DNA of 63,981 nucleotides, filler included, from Ionaspis alba (taxonomy: Eukaryota): assembly GCA_964255285.1 (NCBI GenBank). It is 5 parts of 5 records of this genome, joined end to end, with 100 filler letters (N's around TTAATTAATTAA, not from the genome) between each part and the next. Parts side by side here need not be neighbours in the genome. Positions count along the whole stretch, not along the records: positions 1 to 12,845 come from CAXUUL010000491.1; 4 more parts are not named here. One strand, 5' to 3'. Position 1 is the first letter of the stretch; each line of letters opens with the position of its first letter. The translations under genes and the position numbers were made by a program. Positions 1-12,030 of the stretch are shown here, piece after piece. The notes beneath the pieces were generated by a model. It did not search any database and was not told the origin of the DNA. It saw only the letters and a list, made by a program, of their open reading frames with translations.

Positions 1-1060
1 GGGCGGGGAAGGGGGAGGAGGGAAGAGGTTGCTGAGATGAGGTTCTGGTGGAGTGGGTCGGTTAGCATAGGGAAGGAGTTGTGAGGGTTCGTGATGCGCA
101 CCTTTTGTGTGTATGTGGTGAGTTCGTACGGGCTGTTGCCATTCTGCGGAGTCACGGCAATGATGTTCGGGGATTGGAAATCGTTTCCTGGTGATGGCAG
201 TTCTGATTTCTCCGCTTCTTGGCTTTCCTCGATGAGTTCGTGCCAGAGAGAAGTGGATTTCCGGCTCGAGCCATGAGACCAGTCCATTTGTCGGCTTGTC
301 TTTTCCACGACCCAGATCGTTTGCTTGAGCGTTGATGAGACTTCGGCTAGCTTCTGTGGGGTCACGGTTCCAGCAGGCGCAATGAGTGTGTCGGCTGAGG
401 TCTTCTTCAGGATTTCTGTAAGCTGCTGCGTGGGTAGGCCCTGCGGTATCAGAATTGGGGTAAAGCCATGGAAGGCGGCAGCTGCATCACGAAGTCAGTC
501 TATGTTTAAGTAACTGGAGGGAAATGAATATTACCAAATAGCGCTACCAGCAGCTCGACCGAATTTGGGAGGAAGATCGCGACTCTGTGGATGCCATGTG
601 ACTGGATGTGCTTCCCAATGATATTGATATCTCGAGTCAGAGTGTCCAGATCATGCTCCTCGACCTCTTTCCCTGTCACCGATGTGATCTTCCCGCGTTT
701 TCTATCCTGCTCATCTCCCTTTAGAGCTTGTTGCCAAATATCTCTGAGATCTCCGTCTCGCCCACTAGTCCATTTAGGGGCATCCGCGTCCTTGATGTTG
801 AGGCCCGTCCGAAGGGGATATCCATGGGGTGTCTCAATTGAGCGGTAGACAGCCGACTCACCTGGCTGCCGAACATAGGAGGGAACAGATTGACGAGCAA
901 GTATGAACGGGTGTATGTCAGGCTCGAAAGGGAAAATGAGTGGATAGCAGAGGTAGGTCAGGAACACAATCGTGAGGATGGTGGTGTAGATGTTCCAGCC
1001 GGCGAGCAGCTGGTCGATCTGGCTGTCGAGCCGATGGATGAGCGTATCGTTGACCGCCAT
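1..1060 (-). CDS. AMP-binding/acyl-CoA synthetase-like membrane-anchored protein, 3' partial (runs off window start)
   Basis: ATG at 1060, N-terminal TM helix, conserved fungal segments (DIHPFILARQS..VRQPGESAVYRS; VAIFLPNSVELLVALF). GT-AG intron 482..534 restores frame (AAAFHGFTPILIP). Probable 5'UTR intron 1071..1159. Confidence 0.7.
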
Positions 1061-3364
1061 GGTCGCGGCCCTTGAGAATGGTAGTTAGGTGGGCGATCAG
1101 GAAATGCACTCAAGCGCTTTGGGGCAAGCCTTGTCCGGCAACTCGGGTAGATGACTTACTCCTGGCTCTAGTAGACGAAATTGAGCTTCAAGGTTCGACC
1201 TTGAAGTTGGGCAGCGAGCTTGGGCGGGCCAGTCAGCCTCCTCTTGACGATCAACGGCCCGGCCCATCAGCCGCGCGTCAAACTGTCCCTAGTGATCACT
1301 TTTCCACACCTCTGTCTTTGCCTTCAACATACTGCATGACTAAAAGAACCGTATCTTGTGTTCTCGTTCTGACAACTAGAGTGAACAGAGAAATCTATAC
1401 GCATATGGTTCTGGAACCTCTCCTATCTTCTCATGTCCCACGGCCATCCATATTGGTACTACCATATATGAAGGATACAATGTCCCGATTGAAACTCAGT
1501 CGGAAGTGATCCCGGAGATGCTCTATCAACGCGTCCTCCATTCGATTACGTTCATGCGATTAGCCGTCCTGCTCAAGACGAGGCGAGCGGGAAGTCGAGC
1601 AGGAATGCTGGACTCAGTCGCAATATGAGTTGTTCCCGGGCTACCTTACGCACTTGCTAATCCTGGCGAATGTGGAGTCATGTACCCCATAAACTCTTGT
1701 GTCGCATGATATGAGGTGCATTGCAATTGTTGCGCTTATCTTTCCCTCAATTTTCATTATCAATTTCGCTGCTGCTAACTGGAGGGAGTGCGCTTCAGTG
1801 GCGGCTCTAGCTCTTTTGGTTGCTTCCGAACTCGTTGTCGAACCGCAATTTGATTCGAAGAAAATGATATCTCATGCGCACTTGTCTAATCCACCGAGCT
1901 AATCCGTCGGCAACGTGAAGAAGAGGCGTCATCCCCAGTTTCTGTTCTTATCGTCATGTATTTCTCTGAAGGGTTCACTGTGCGATCTAATATCTTGAGC
2001 CTTCGGACGGGATCTACGTCGCCGGCTTCCTGCATGCTTCTGCCACGATGAGGATCTACCCGCTGCATTCTCCCCCTATATCAACCTCGCACAGGCGCAC
2101 AAGATTCATTTGCAGACTCGTGGAAAGAGAGATTTGCTTGTTGTCGTACAATGCCGATATCCGCGAGTGTAACATGAGGAGGCTGATCCATCTAGGATGC
2201 CCGAGTACCGGGTAATGGAAGGGAATCTGCATGTTCCGGAAACTCTTGAAACATTCTCCTCCCTCTAAAGAAAAACTACCTGGTGCAGAAAGTCGATTGT
2301 GTTTTTTTCCGTCGCCGAACTGAACCGTGTCATACCTTAGCTACCGGTCTTATTACGAGCACAACGTTATCAGGGTCAGTTGCGCCTTACTGCGTGTACC
2401 GTCAGTGAAGATAAATAGACGCTGTCCTGCTGTATTTTCACCTCTAGAACGCAATCACATCCATTCCCTGCGTCTATCTACGCCATCTCGCCAAAGATCA
2501 AGTTTCAGCGTCTCGGCAAGAAATCCACAACTTAGTTACAGTCGTTTCCGGCCGCCACTCAAATCACAACCACCTCAATCAGTCTACCTCATTTTCTCCC
2601 GTCATCATGTCTCGAACAGATCCTCCTTCTCCACGACCATATCCTCTTGCTCCGCCACCGAGCCCAGTCAAAAATCCTAAGAATTCCTTTGGAATTGGCG
2701 ATGTTCGCTCCTCATACCACGAGTCAAGCTCTTTACACAGTGAGTATCTACGATGGAGGAAAGAGGCTCTCCAGCGTCTAACGGATTTCATAGCATTAGT
2801 TTTTCCTAAGGATGCCGACGCGCCTTAAACATCGCGCAATCTTCTCAGAGAACATGTTTGGTGGAATTTGCAGGTGATTTTAATGACGAACAGCGGGGTT
2901 TGAGCTTTCACGTTGGATTCTGCAGCTCTGTTTGGCGTCCACACGATCTCTGGGGCTTCAAAAGGCGTTGGAGCAAGGACGTAGCCGCTTGGGTACGAAA
3001 GCTTTATCAAACGAAAATCTAATGCTCTTTGTCTCTTGCTCATAAATTGTGCCATACCATGAAATATTCCCACTAGGCTGCCCAATAATGAGTGATTGGG
3101 ACGGATATAACGCGGACATAAGTAGCAGAGCTTACGTGAACCTCGGCTCAAACCGCCAGGACCGAGGAATCCAACATCAACATGACCATCATACAAAGAG
3201 TGCCTTGAACACCTCTCCTTCTCCTGGTGTTTCCGATTCCTCCATTCGCGTTGTCATACTAGATCGTCTCTACCTGCATTTGAAATATCATAAAGCGCCA
3301 TATGTGGTCGAGAATATAGACATTTTAGACCATTTCCTTGTGACAGGTACCCCGCCTCGTCAGG

Positions 3365-4646
3365 ATGCCTTTCAGCACAGCTCTGACCCGGCAGTTGGGT
3401 ATCAAAGGCAAGCCAGGGCGTTCTTCAATGATTAGATTCATATCTGACTGTGTGTAGTACCTGTCGTACAAGGTGGAATGCAATGGGTATGGTAATCCAT
3501 CGTTAATGGCCTAAGTGCATTGACTTAACATCACAGGTCGGCTATGCAGAACTAGCCAGTGCTGTAAGCAATGCCGGTGGGCTCGGTATAGTAAGAACCA
3601 TTCATCAGAGGCATAGAACCAGGTCCTGACGACCCATCATAGCTCACCGCCCTCACGCAACCCAGCCCCGAAGACCTTCGGAAAGAAATTCGAAGATGCC
3701 GCACCATGACGAAGAATCCCTTCGCCGTAAACCTTACTCTTCTTCCTGCACTCGTCCCACCAGATTATCATGGCTACGCAAAGGTTATAATAGATGAGGG
3801 TATAAGGATAGTCGAGACTGCAGGAAACAGTCCGGGACCAGTCATCAAACAATTCAAAGATGCCAATTGCACGGTTCTCCACAAATGCACTACGATTCGC
3901 CATGCGCAGTCGGCGGTCAAGCTAGGCGTCGACTTCCTCTCAATCGATGGGTTCGAATGCGCCGGTCACGTTGGGGAGTCGGACATCACAAATTTCATCC
4001 TGCTCAGCAGAGCCCGCCAATCCTTGAAGGTTCCCTTCATCGCATCTGGTGGGTTCGCGGACGGACAGGGTCTTGCAGCGGCACTGAGTCTTGGAGCGGA
4101 GGGCATCAATATGGGAACTCGATTCATGTGCACGATCGAGGCACCCATACACCAGAATGTCAAGGAAGAGATTGTCAGAGCGCAGGAATCTGATACGGAA
4201 CTGGTGCTTAGACGGTGGAAGAACACTTCGAGGCTGTATGCGAACAAGACTGCCAAGCAGGCTGTGAAGATCGAGAAGGAGAGCACTACGGGCAAATTCG
4301 AAGAAGTGGCGCCATATGTGAGTGGAAAGAGAGGTAGAGAGGTCTTCCTCAATGGAGATGTGGATCACGGAGTATGGACGGCCGGACAGGTTATTGGACT
4401 CATTCATGGTAAGAGGGATCATGTTTCGAGATTCAGCTTGATCTAGAATTGGCTGACATTGGCACCTCAGATATTCCTTCGTGCGAAGAGCTTGTCACAC
4501 GAATTGAGCGAGAAGCGGAAGAGACCCTGAAGAAAGCAAGCTCCCTGATCGTAGGGAATAGTACGTCATCTACGGAGGGTACAGTAGGCAAGAATACGAA
4601 CAATCCAGGTGCCGAGATCTGGGGTGTTGGAAAGAGTAAGCTATAG
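3365..4646 (+). CDS. Nitronate monooxygenase / 2-nitropropane dioxygenase family flavoprotein with C-terminal PTS1 (SKL)
   Basis: Spliced model [49 protein letters not shown]; motifs DGFECAGH, IASGGFADG, GINMGTRF; four introns (first is GC-AG 3408..3457); ends GKSKL*. Confidence 0.92.
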
Positions 4647-4798
4647 AACTTGGCAGAAGCTTGTCAAGACCATTGAATTAACTCATGACCACTCATGATT
4701 GGCTCCTAAGTGACATTTCTCCGTGCTGTCCGAAAGAGGAATACCATCCATGGATATATATGACTTTCAAACCGTGGATACATCGAATGCCCCTGGAT

Positions 4799-4823
4799 CC
4801 AGGAACCAGGAACCAGGAACCAG
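4799..4823. repeat. Short tandem repeat (CCAGGAA)x3.5
   Basis: ccaggaaccaggaaccaggaaccag read directly; upstream of a TATA-like tract (~4919) of the next gene. Confidence 0.8.
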
Positions 4824-5127
4824 ATGTTGCATTCAGTGCAAGGCTAGATTCCTGTCAGATTGGTCTTTTCTGTGTGAAGCATGCACTTGGATCCTCCAAG
4901 CCATTCTTCTGAAATATGTATATATATTCATCCTGTCCGCCGCAATCCTTCTCACAAATTCCTCATTCATTCACCCATCCCTCTGCACAATTCTTCCAAT
5001 TGCAGTGACACTCACAACAAGTATATCTACCACATATCTTACCATCTACCTACATCAGATCCTCAGCAACAATTTCTACCATTTATCTAACTATATACCC
5101 TCATCAATCACATCTCGAAGGCGCAAG

Positions 5128-6180
5128 ATGGAGATCTTCCTCTTGCTGCTAATCGTATTCCTCCCCCTCACCAACTGCCTCCCCTTCCCTCACGCCCGAA
5201 ATGTCTGGCGTCCCCGGCCTGCTGGCTCCCCTGCCACCCTCAACGTCTCCTTGCCCGTTGTCTCCGGCCTCCCGATCCGCCCCCTGAGGCCCAACCGAAT
5301 CGAGCCCCGTTCCAACGACTGGCGCTTCTGGTTCCACGCCATGGCACCCGCCATCAAGCACCAAGGTAAGGTCTTCAATTCGAGCCTAGTGAACACCACC
5401 ACCGCCGTCGCCTCGTCCGCCTCCTCGTCGCCCTCGCTCGCTCCACGCAGCCAGCCCGCCCCTCCGACCAGCAGCCCCCTTCCGAGTACCCCAGCTGCCC
5501 GCAACCACAAGAACGGTCCCGCTCCTCCCGCCCTCAAAGCCTGGTACGATCTCCTACAGCACGAGATCTCCGCCACCGCCACCCCAGATGCAACTTCCGG
5601 GGCCAAGCCAACGCCCTCCCTTTCGCACGACGAGCTGCTAGCGAAGATAATGTCCGGCCCCGTGCCTATGGGACGACCAACAGCTTCGCCTACGCCAGGC
5701 TCGTTCCCTCGTCCCGTGCCCCATGGTGGGCCTGCAACTCCTTCGTCCGCGGCTGGCCATGCTCCCGGCCCGGCTCCTGCTTCGTCCTCGGGCCCGATTC
5801 TTCCTCGCGCGCCGGCTGTCATTACTACGCATGACTACCCGTCGATGCTGGGTCTGGCACCTAACAACCCGCCTTTTTGCGGCATGCACTGGAACTCGCT
5901 GGATCTGTCGCGGGTCACCGCTATGCAGAATTTGTCGCCTGGGGATTGCGGGACTTGTCTCGAGGTGTGCGGTGCCGCGGGATGTGCGGATGTGTTGGCG
6001 ATTGATCGCGGTGGGAGAGGGTTGGATTTGACGACTGCGGCCAAGGCGAGGGTTTTGGGGGCGGGGAATGATATTGGGGAGGCGAGCTGGAGGGAGGTTG
6101 AGCTGGGGAGGTGTTCGGGGATCTGGAACGGGAGGATGTTCTTTGATTGGGAGGCGCCACCGGGGAAATTAGTGGCTTGA
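5128..6180 (+). CDS. Secreted Pro/Ser-rich protein with C-terminal RlpA-like double-psi beta-barrel (expansin/cerato-platanin-like) domain
   Basis: Signal peptide MEIFLLLLIVFLPLTNC; low-complexity linker; Cys-containing domain CG..VTA..CGTCLEV..VLAIDRGGRGLDL..W..V; intronless, 350 aa from ATG 5128. Confidence 0.7.
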   Translation: MEIFLLLLIVFLPLTNCLPFPHARNVWRPRPAGSPATLNVSLPVVSGLPIRPLRPNRIEPRSNDWRFWFHAMAPAIKHQGKVFNSSLVNTTTAVASSASSSPSLAPRSQPAPPTSSPLPSTPAARNHKNGPAPPALKAWYDLLQHEISATATPDATSGAKPTPSLSHDELLAKIMSGPVPMGRPTASPTPGSFPRPVPHGGPATPSSAAGHAPGPAPASSSGPILPRAPAVITTHDYPSMLGLAPNNPPFCGMHWNSLDLSRVTAMQNLSPGDCGTCLEVCGAAGCADVLAIDRGGRGLDLTTAAKARVLGAGNDIGEASWREVELGRCSGIWNGRMFFDWEAPPGKLVA

Positions 6181-6370
6181 GGCCATAAGGATAGGTCCTA
6201 AGGGATGACGGGCTGTTGATGATGGCGTTTAGGCTCTAGGTGTTGTCTTGAATTTGAGTACATGCCCACTTCGCTTTTGAGTTTAGACTTCTTGAGAAAA
6301 GATTTCTTTCGACATTCGCAGGCTAAATTTGCAAAACCCAGGGTATCATTCGCAAACGTAAGTGGGTATC

Positions 6371-8354
6371 CTATCCCCAGACCGCATCCTTGGCCCTTCC
6401 CCTCCCAACTCCACCCGGTGGGCTCGAGACTCCATACTCCCAAACCTCCTCACCATCCACGAATAACCTGAATGTTAAAAGGCTCTGTTCTCCGCCGACC
6501 ATATTTCTGATCTCCACAGCCCCAAATTTGCTGTTCCCATTCGGTAAGTACTTGATACATATCTCGTCCTCCCCTTCCCTCTCCGAATAAGTTCGTGAAG
6601 GTAAGTAGAACATATTCAGCGGACTGGTACTGAACTCGTGCACCGTAGCGGAAATCGGCCACTTCCGACCTCTTGGTGGCGGAAAGCTCGTAGCGGCGAA
6701 TTCATGGCGATCTCCACTGAGAACGACGATACCAACATCACTGGTAGCACTGACTTCCCACATGGCTTCCAGGATGATTTGCCGCTCGTGCAAATAACCA
6801 GCCCAGGTGTCGGCGTCATTGAAACGCCAATTGCGGGTAAAGGGAACGGAGGAGACCACAACTTTCCAGTGAACGCTAGCAGGTTCGGGTTGCTGGAGGA
6901 AGGATAGAAGTGCAGCGAGCTGTTCATTGCCAAGCATAGATTTTGTAGGTGACGAAGCGTTGGCAACGGTCTCTGAGGTACGATAACGACGAGTATCGAG
7001 CATGAAGAAAGATGCTAATTCTTGCGTAAAGGAGAAGTAAGTTGCGCCAGGATGTATCGGTGGTGGGTTGATAGAAGCTTGGTAATGAGTCCAGGGATCG
7101 GCGGCGGAGGGATATGGTGCTGTAGTGTTCTTGTCCCAATCGTTGGCGATCTCGTGGTCGTCGAGCACATGGAGCCATGGCAAGCCGCTCGACGCTGCTG
7201 GCCAGTCTGGAGAGGCGTACACCTGGCGATATTCTCTGCGATAAGTCTCTGCATCTACACCGAACCGGTGAGGAACATCGACGTAGATGAAATCCCCAAG
7301 GAAAAGCATAAAGGAAGCTTTCAGCCGGTGCTTCCATTTTGCGACGTGTTGGAGGCCGGCAATACTCAATGGATGATCGAGTGGGCTGTAAGGAAAGTGT
7401 GTTTTGATGCAGCTTGAAGTCAAAAAAGTAAAAGTATCGCTCATGTGAGATGTCTGGCCAATCGGTGCGGATGTCTTGAAAGTCCCATTGACATTTTCAG
7501 ACACAGCATATTCATACAGTGTTGAGGAGCGTAAGCCTGAGATCTGTATTGAATGCGTAAAATCAGTGGCATTAGATAGCCAGTAGATTTGTCCTGCAGA
7601 CTTCCAGGCCCGGTCATTGAGCGCGTTCAGCCCTGAGCCACGGTCCTGAGCTTCGCGATAGGAGATGTAGATAGGTAACTTTGATAAATCCGGTTCTCGA
7701 ATCATTATATTTGCACTTGACTCAGAAACATATCCAACTCTTGTAAACGAGAGCTCGTGGCTCGGATAGAGCAAAGGTGCTCGGAACACCATGTCTGCAA
7801 CAAAAGTAACCAGCAATATATTGATAGCTAGCGTAGCTAAGCTCCAGAATGTCGAAGTAGAACTCGGAATACCGAAGAGAAGTGTCTTCGATATCGCAGG
7901 ATCTCGTTCTCCCAAAACCACTGTTCCTTCGATGTCAAGCTCGACTTCATCCTCATCCTCATCCTCCACGCTGTCTGGCTGATCTACAGTTCCGCTCCGA
8001 GAAGTTTGCTCCTTCTTGAGTGCCTCCCTGGAGGCCTCCGCGTTGCGATTCTTGGCTGGAAGGAGCGAAGCTTTACTAGCATCTCCATTCGTATTTGCAA
8101 CGATGATGTTGACTTCGTCCGAGATCACTTGGGAAGGTGAGGTCGCTTTTGCAGCGCGTACAAAAGCTACAAGGTAGAAAATTGTAGCTGCTAGTATAAT
8201 TGGTGGAAAGTGATGCCCTGGAATCTGCCACAGCCAGTCAGTGGGGGCACAAACAAACAAATTGGTGATACGGTACCCATCTCAGAAAGACGTATGCTCC
8301 AAGGCGAATCACCAGTGAGCTTAGCACAGTAAGTGACCTCCAAAAAGAGGACAT
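6371..8354 (-). CDS. PhoD-like alkaline phosphatase family, membrane anchored
   Basis: Exon 1 MSSFWRSLTVLSSLVIRLGAYVFLRW, intron 8225..8276; PhoD motifs LFLGDFIYVD, DDHEIANDW, FFMLDTRRYR, LSGDRHE. Confidence 0.9.
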
Positions 8355-8646
8355 GATGATGAAGACGCGCTGAAATCAGCGGTCTGAAGGCCGTCATAAC
8401 ATCATCTTAGAATGTAAGAGTTGTTCGGATTGTGCAAGCAGGTAAAAGGCCAGGCTAATGTAGGCTGGAACAGTTCTCCGCGTATGAATGACGACAAAGG
8501 CGCTCATTCCCAGCCCTAAACCTCGGAGCTCATGCAACATTATCGATCATCTGTCAACGCAGCGGACTGCCCAACGCGGATAATTTCATAAGGGCAATAC
8601 ATGAGCTAGGGACGACACCCCAAGTTCCCGTTCCTGGATCAAAAAG

Positions 8647-9537
8647 ATGGCAGACCATGAGTCGCGAGAGTTCTCTGTTGAACGCTCTCCGTCGCCAATG
8701 AAATGTCCGGTCTTGTCTCTCCAAGCTCCGCCAGGTATGACTACAGCGCCTTCCCGTCCTTCTCTGATTTTCACGCATGGCGCTGGTGGGACCTTGGAAT
8801 CGGATGCAATTGCAAATTTCAGCTCCGGATTTTCCGAGCATCTTCCAATCCTCTGTTTCCAAGGCAATTCCAATCTGAAATCTCGAGCCAAGATGTTTTC
8901 TGCAGTTATCAAACACAAGGGCTACTCATCGTGCTTGGGTGGACGGAGTATGGGTGCAAGAGCAGCGATTATGGCAGCTACAGACAAGACCAGATGTTTG
9001 GTCCTCGTTAGTTATCCGCTGCATACAGGGAAGGAAACTCGTGACCAGATACTGCTCGATCTTCCATCATATCTGAAAATCATCTTTGTGAGTGGCGATA
9101 GAGACTCGATGTGCGACCTGGAACGATTGAATCAAGTGAGGACTTCCATGAAATGTAAAAGCTGGCTCATTACTGTCAAGGACGCGGATCACGGTATGAC
9201 TGTCAAGCCCAAAAAAGCAACCGAGAAGGTGGGGAGGAAGACAGGAGAAGTTGTTGCCGCTTGGCTTCATAACCATCGTGGAGGCAAGAGGGAGGGCACC
9301 ATCAGCTGGAATGTCGAGGAAGAAGAAGCTAATTGGAGTGGGTGGAACTCCATGATTAGCATACCGAGTCAATCTACGGGTGACGAGGACAAATTGCTGC
9401 CAGAGAAATCGACTCCTTTGTCGCGATCGAAGGCTCCGAAGACGAAAATTTCCAAGAAGTCGGATCGTCGTGTCGGCGACGATGCAATCTCTACCAGAAC
9501 TCGAAAGCGAAAGAGATCACGACCAGGTGACGCTTGA
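8647..9537 (+). CDS. Alpha/beta hydrolase (KANL3/Tex30-like) with basic C-terminal tail
   Basis: FTHGAGG oxyanion motif, nucleophile GGRSMGAR, SYPLH, GDRD, ADHGM; tail RTRKRKRSR resembles an NLS. Confidence 0.85.
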   Translation: MADHESREFSVERSPSPMKCPVLSLQAPPGMTTAPSRPSLIFTHGAGGTLESDAIANFSSGFSEHLPILCFQGNSNLKSRAKMFSAVIKHKGYSSCLGGRSMGARAAIMAATDKTRCLVLVSYPLHTGKETRDQILLDLPSYLKIIFVSGDRDSMCDLERLNQVRTSMKCKSWLITVKDADHGMTVKPKKATEKVGRKTGEVVAAWLHNHRGGKREGTISWNVEEEEANWSGWNSMISIPSQSTGDEDKLLPEKSTPLSRSKAPKTKISKKSDRRVGDDAISTRTRKRKRSRPGDA

Positions 9538-9744
9538 AGGCAGGATCTCTGCTGATTGGAAGAGCTTCAAGGATGTCTCAGGGTACGGAATGCTGGGAAA
9601 CTTTTCGGCATGACGAACCGAATGTGAAGATTGCACCCCCTTTATAAGGGTGATTCCCAGATTATCATTTCCAGTCGGCCGCTCAGTCTTTCTTCTTCTC
9701 GTTTGTTATCGTATATTTGACCTCCCTGATACCCAGTCCTCACC

Positions 9745-11581
9745 ATGCATATACCTCTCCGCGCCTCCGAAGCTTCAAGACCGAATCTGAGTAATGTAAA
9801 CACCGGAGAGCAAAAGCCGCCCAAAAAATGGAGATGCATGTTGAGGATCCTGCTTTTGAATTTGATATCAGGAATATCTGTGATGCAGCTCAACCTAGCT
9901 GTTGTGCTGTTCAACTACGGTTCGCTGAGCCAGGCTTTGCTTGTTGGTGAACTCCTTGTCCTCATTGCGGTAATTATATTCCCAGCTACCTCGAGCAAGA
10001 GATAAACTAATATTATCCAAGTCTTCTCTCTCTATCGGACAGGCGATATTGTACATTGCAGTGTCGCACAAGTGTCGTAAGAATGGAGGGAGAAGAGACA
10101 AATCTCTATTCTGGCAGAACGCATTTTTCTGGCTAGCATCGAGTCTGATCTCCATATGGTGGGCTGCAGCTCTGACTGGCTTCTACGTCTACACGAAGAC
10201 CGAATCAGTGTGCCAGCTTTCTCCTCTAGACGAGGTACTGCAGGGTGTTCGAACGCCATGCATGATCTATCAAATCTGCGTAGGGGCATCGTTTTTGGCC
10301 TTGTAAGTTGATCTAACCGAAGCACTCCTTGAATCGTGGCTAAATTTTTGCAGCTTATTGTGTTGCATCTTCTGCTGTCTCTTCATCAAATGCGACAGAC
10401 CGTTCATCACGTCAATCGCGGCATTCAAGAAAGACCTCGCGCAACAGAGACCAGAACCCATCACTCCACGCAGCATCTCCGGGAAGTCAACTCTCCTATC
10501 TGCTCCCTCCCTTGGATCCCTATCCAGTCCAATATCATCCACTCCAGCATCCATCCCGCCAGCTCACAACCGTGAATCGTGGTTGCCTCCACTCCCTTTC
10601 CAAACACAAAGACTAGCACATTCTCCATCGCAAACACCAACTCCGCAACCCGTTTACCAGCCTCTTCGCCGAGTCCCAACGAGTGCGACTACCGGATCTT
10701 CAGTCTACAGTTCCCGACCTCCGAGCGCGACGCTTTCGCCTCTAGCCCGCAATCCTAGCAATCTAAGCTTAGCCAGCAGTCCCTCTATCAGCAGTCTCCC
10801 ACACGTATCACCTCCAGTGGCTCGATACCCTCGCCGTGGCAAGAATCCTGAATTGCGGTCAGTCCCACCGGTGTATCAATCTCGACCTGTTCAACCGAGC
10901 ATCCAATCTTCGTTGCCCCCAAAAGATGTCTCGAAGCCTCACGAAATTAAAAGCACGGCTCAAGCTCCAGCAGACATCAAGCCGACCCCGCCCATGCGCC
11001 CACTGACACGCCCTACCCTACCGCCACCCGCTTTTTGGTCCTACACCACAATGCAATCTTCCCAGGGGCAAGCTCCACCGGTTTCCCAATCGACATTGCT
11101 TCCAATCATCTCAGACCAATTGACTATAGCACCGAACTCGTCAGAGCAGAATGCTGTTTTGGTCACCTCTACAAATACTGTAGATCCACTCCCCTCACTC
11201 CCAACTCAGCGAGGACGCTCTCAATCCGAACTTCCTGCCCCACCTGTACCTCCAAAATCCCGTTATCGCTACACCACAACACCATCTACAGCCCAATCTG
11301 CGCCACTTTCTGCACTGCCACTACTATCTATTGCATATTCGAGCACTGCAAGACCGGCCACTGCTGGCAAAGGCCCATTACCGAGAAGTGCGGTTTCGTA
11401 TGAAGATTTGCGGAAAGAGCGCGACCCGTTCCTGGAAAGCCAGAATGCAGTTACTGCAGCCAAGGAACTTGAAGATCTGATGGCTGAGAAGCGGATAGAG
11501 AGGCAGGAGAACATTGGCAAGGGAAAGAGGGTGGGGAGGAAGAAGAGTCGGACGTTGAGGAAGAAGCCAATAGGGCAATAG
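9745..11581 (+). CDS. Hypothetical protein: ~4 N-terminal TM helices plus long Pro/Ser-rich cytoplasmic tail
   Basis: Three ORF pieces join in frame through GT-AG introns 9970..10021 and 10303..10353; PPPVPPK proline motif in tail. Confidence 0.65.
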
Positions 11582-12030
11582 ACGCTAGTTTATTGAGGAT
11601 TGCTAATAGACCGGAGAGAGCGAGTCCCGGATGTCAGGTTGTAGGAAGGATATTTGACGACGGTAGCAAAGTTCACTTGATTGTTCAGGATTGTCAAGTT
11701 TCATCGTCCGAAATAAAATCAAATTCACGCCATCACAAACTCTCACTTTCAGAATGCTCGAAATGCTTCGATTGCAAACTGTCTCATTACTGCTACTCGA
11801 AAAAGTCACTACGATGACGGCAAGAGAAATCGTAACAACGCAGAAACGTAGTTGAGCAAGAAGTGGAAATATCAACTCTCCACAAATCCACTCACTACCG
11901 CCGTCATCGCAGTCACTTTTCCATGTTTCGTAGAATACACACATACCATCTAGCGCCAACGCTATCCTTCGAACCAGTTCAATCTGCCTACAGGCTCTAA
12001 TCCACCCCTGGCAACGAGCGTCCCCAAGCA

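Noticed and set aside
1184..1208. GGTTCGA as a tRNA T-loop
   Set aside because: No cloverleaf, D-arm or acceptor stem; just an inverted repeat.
4723..5127. 135-aa N-terminal extension of the 485-aa ORF
   Set aside because: Starts at a non-ATG codon, spans a TATA tract and leader; a signal peptide begins at ATG 5128.
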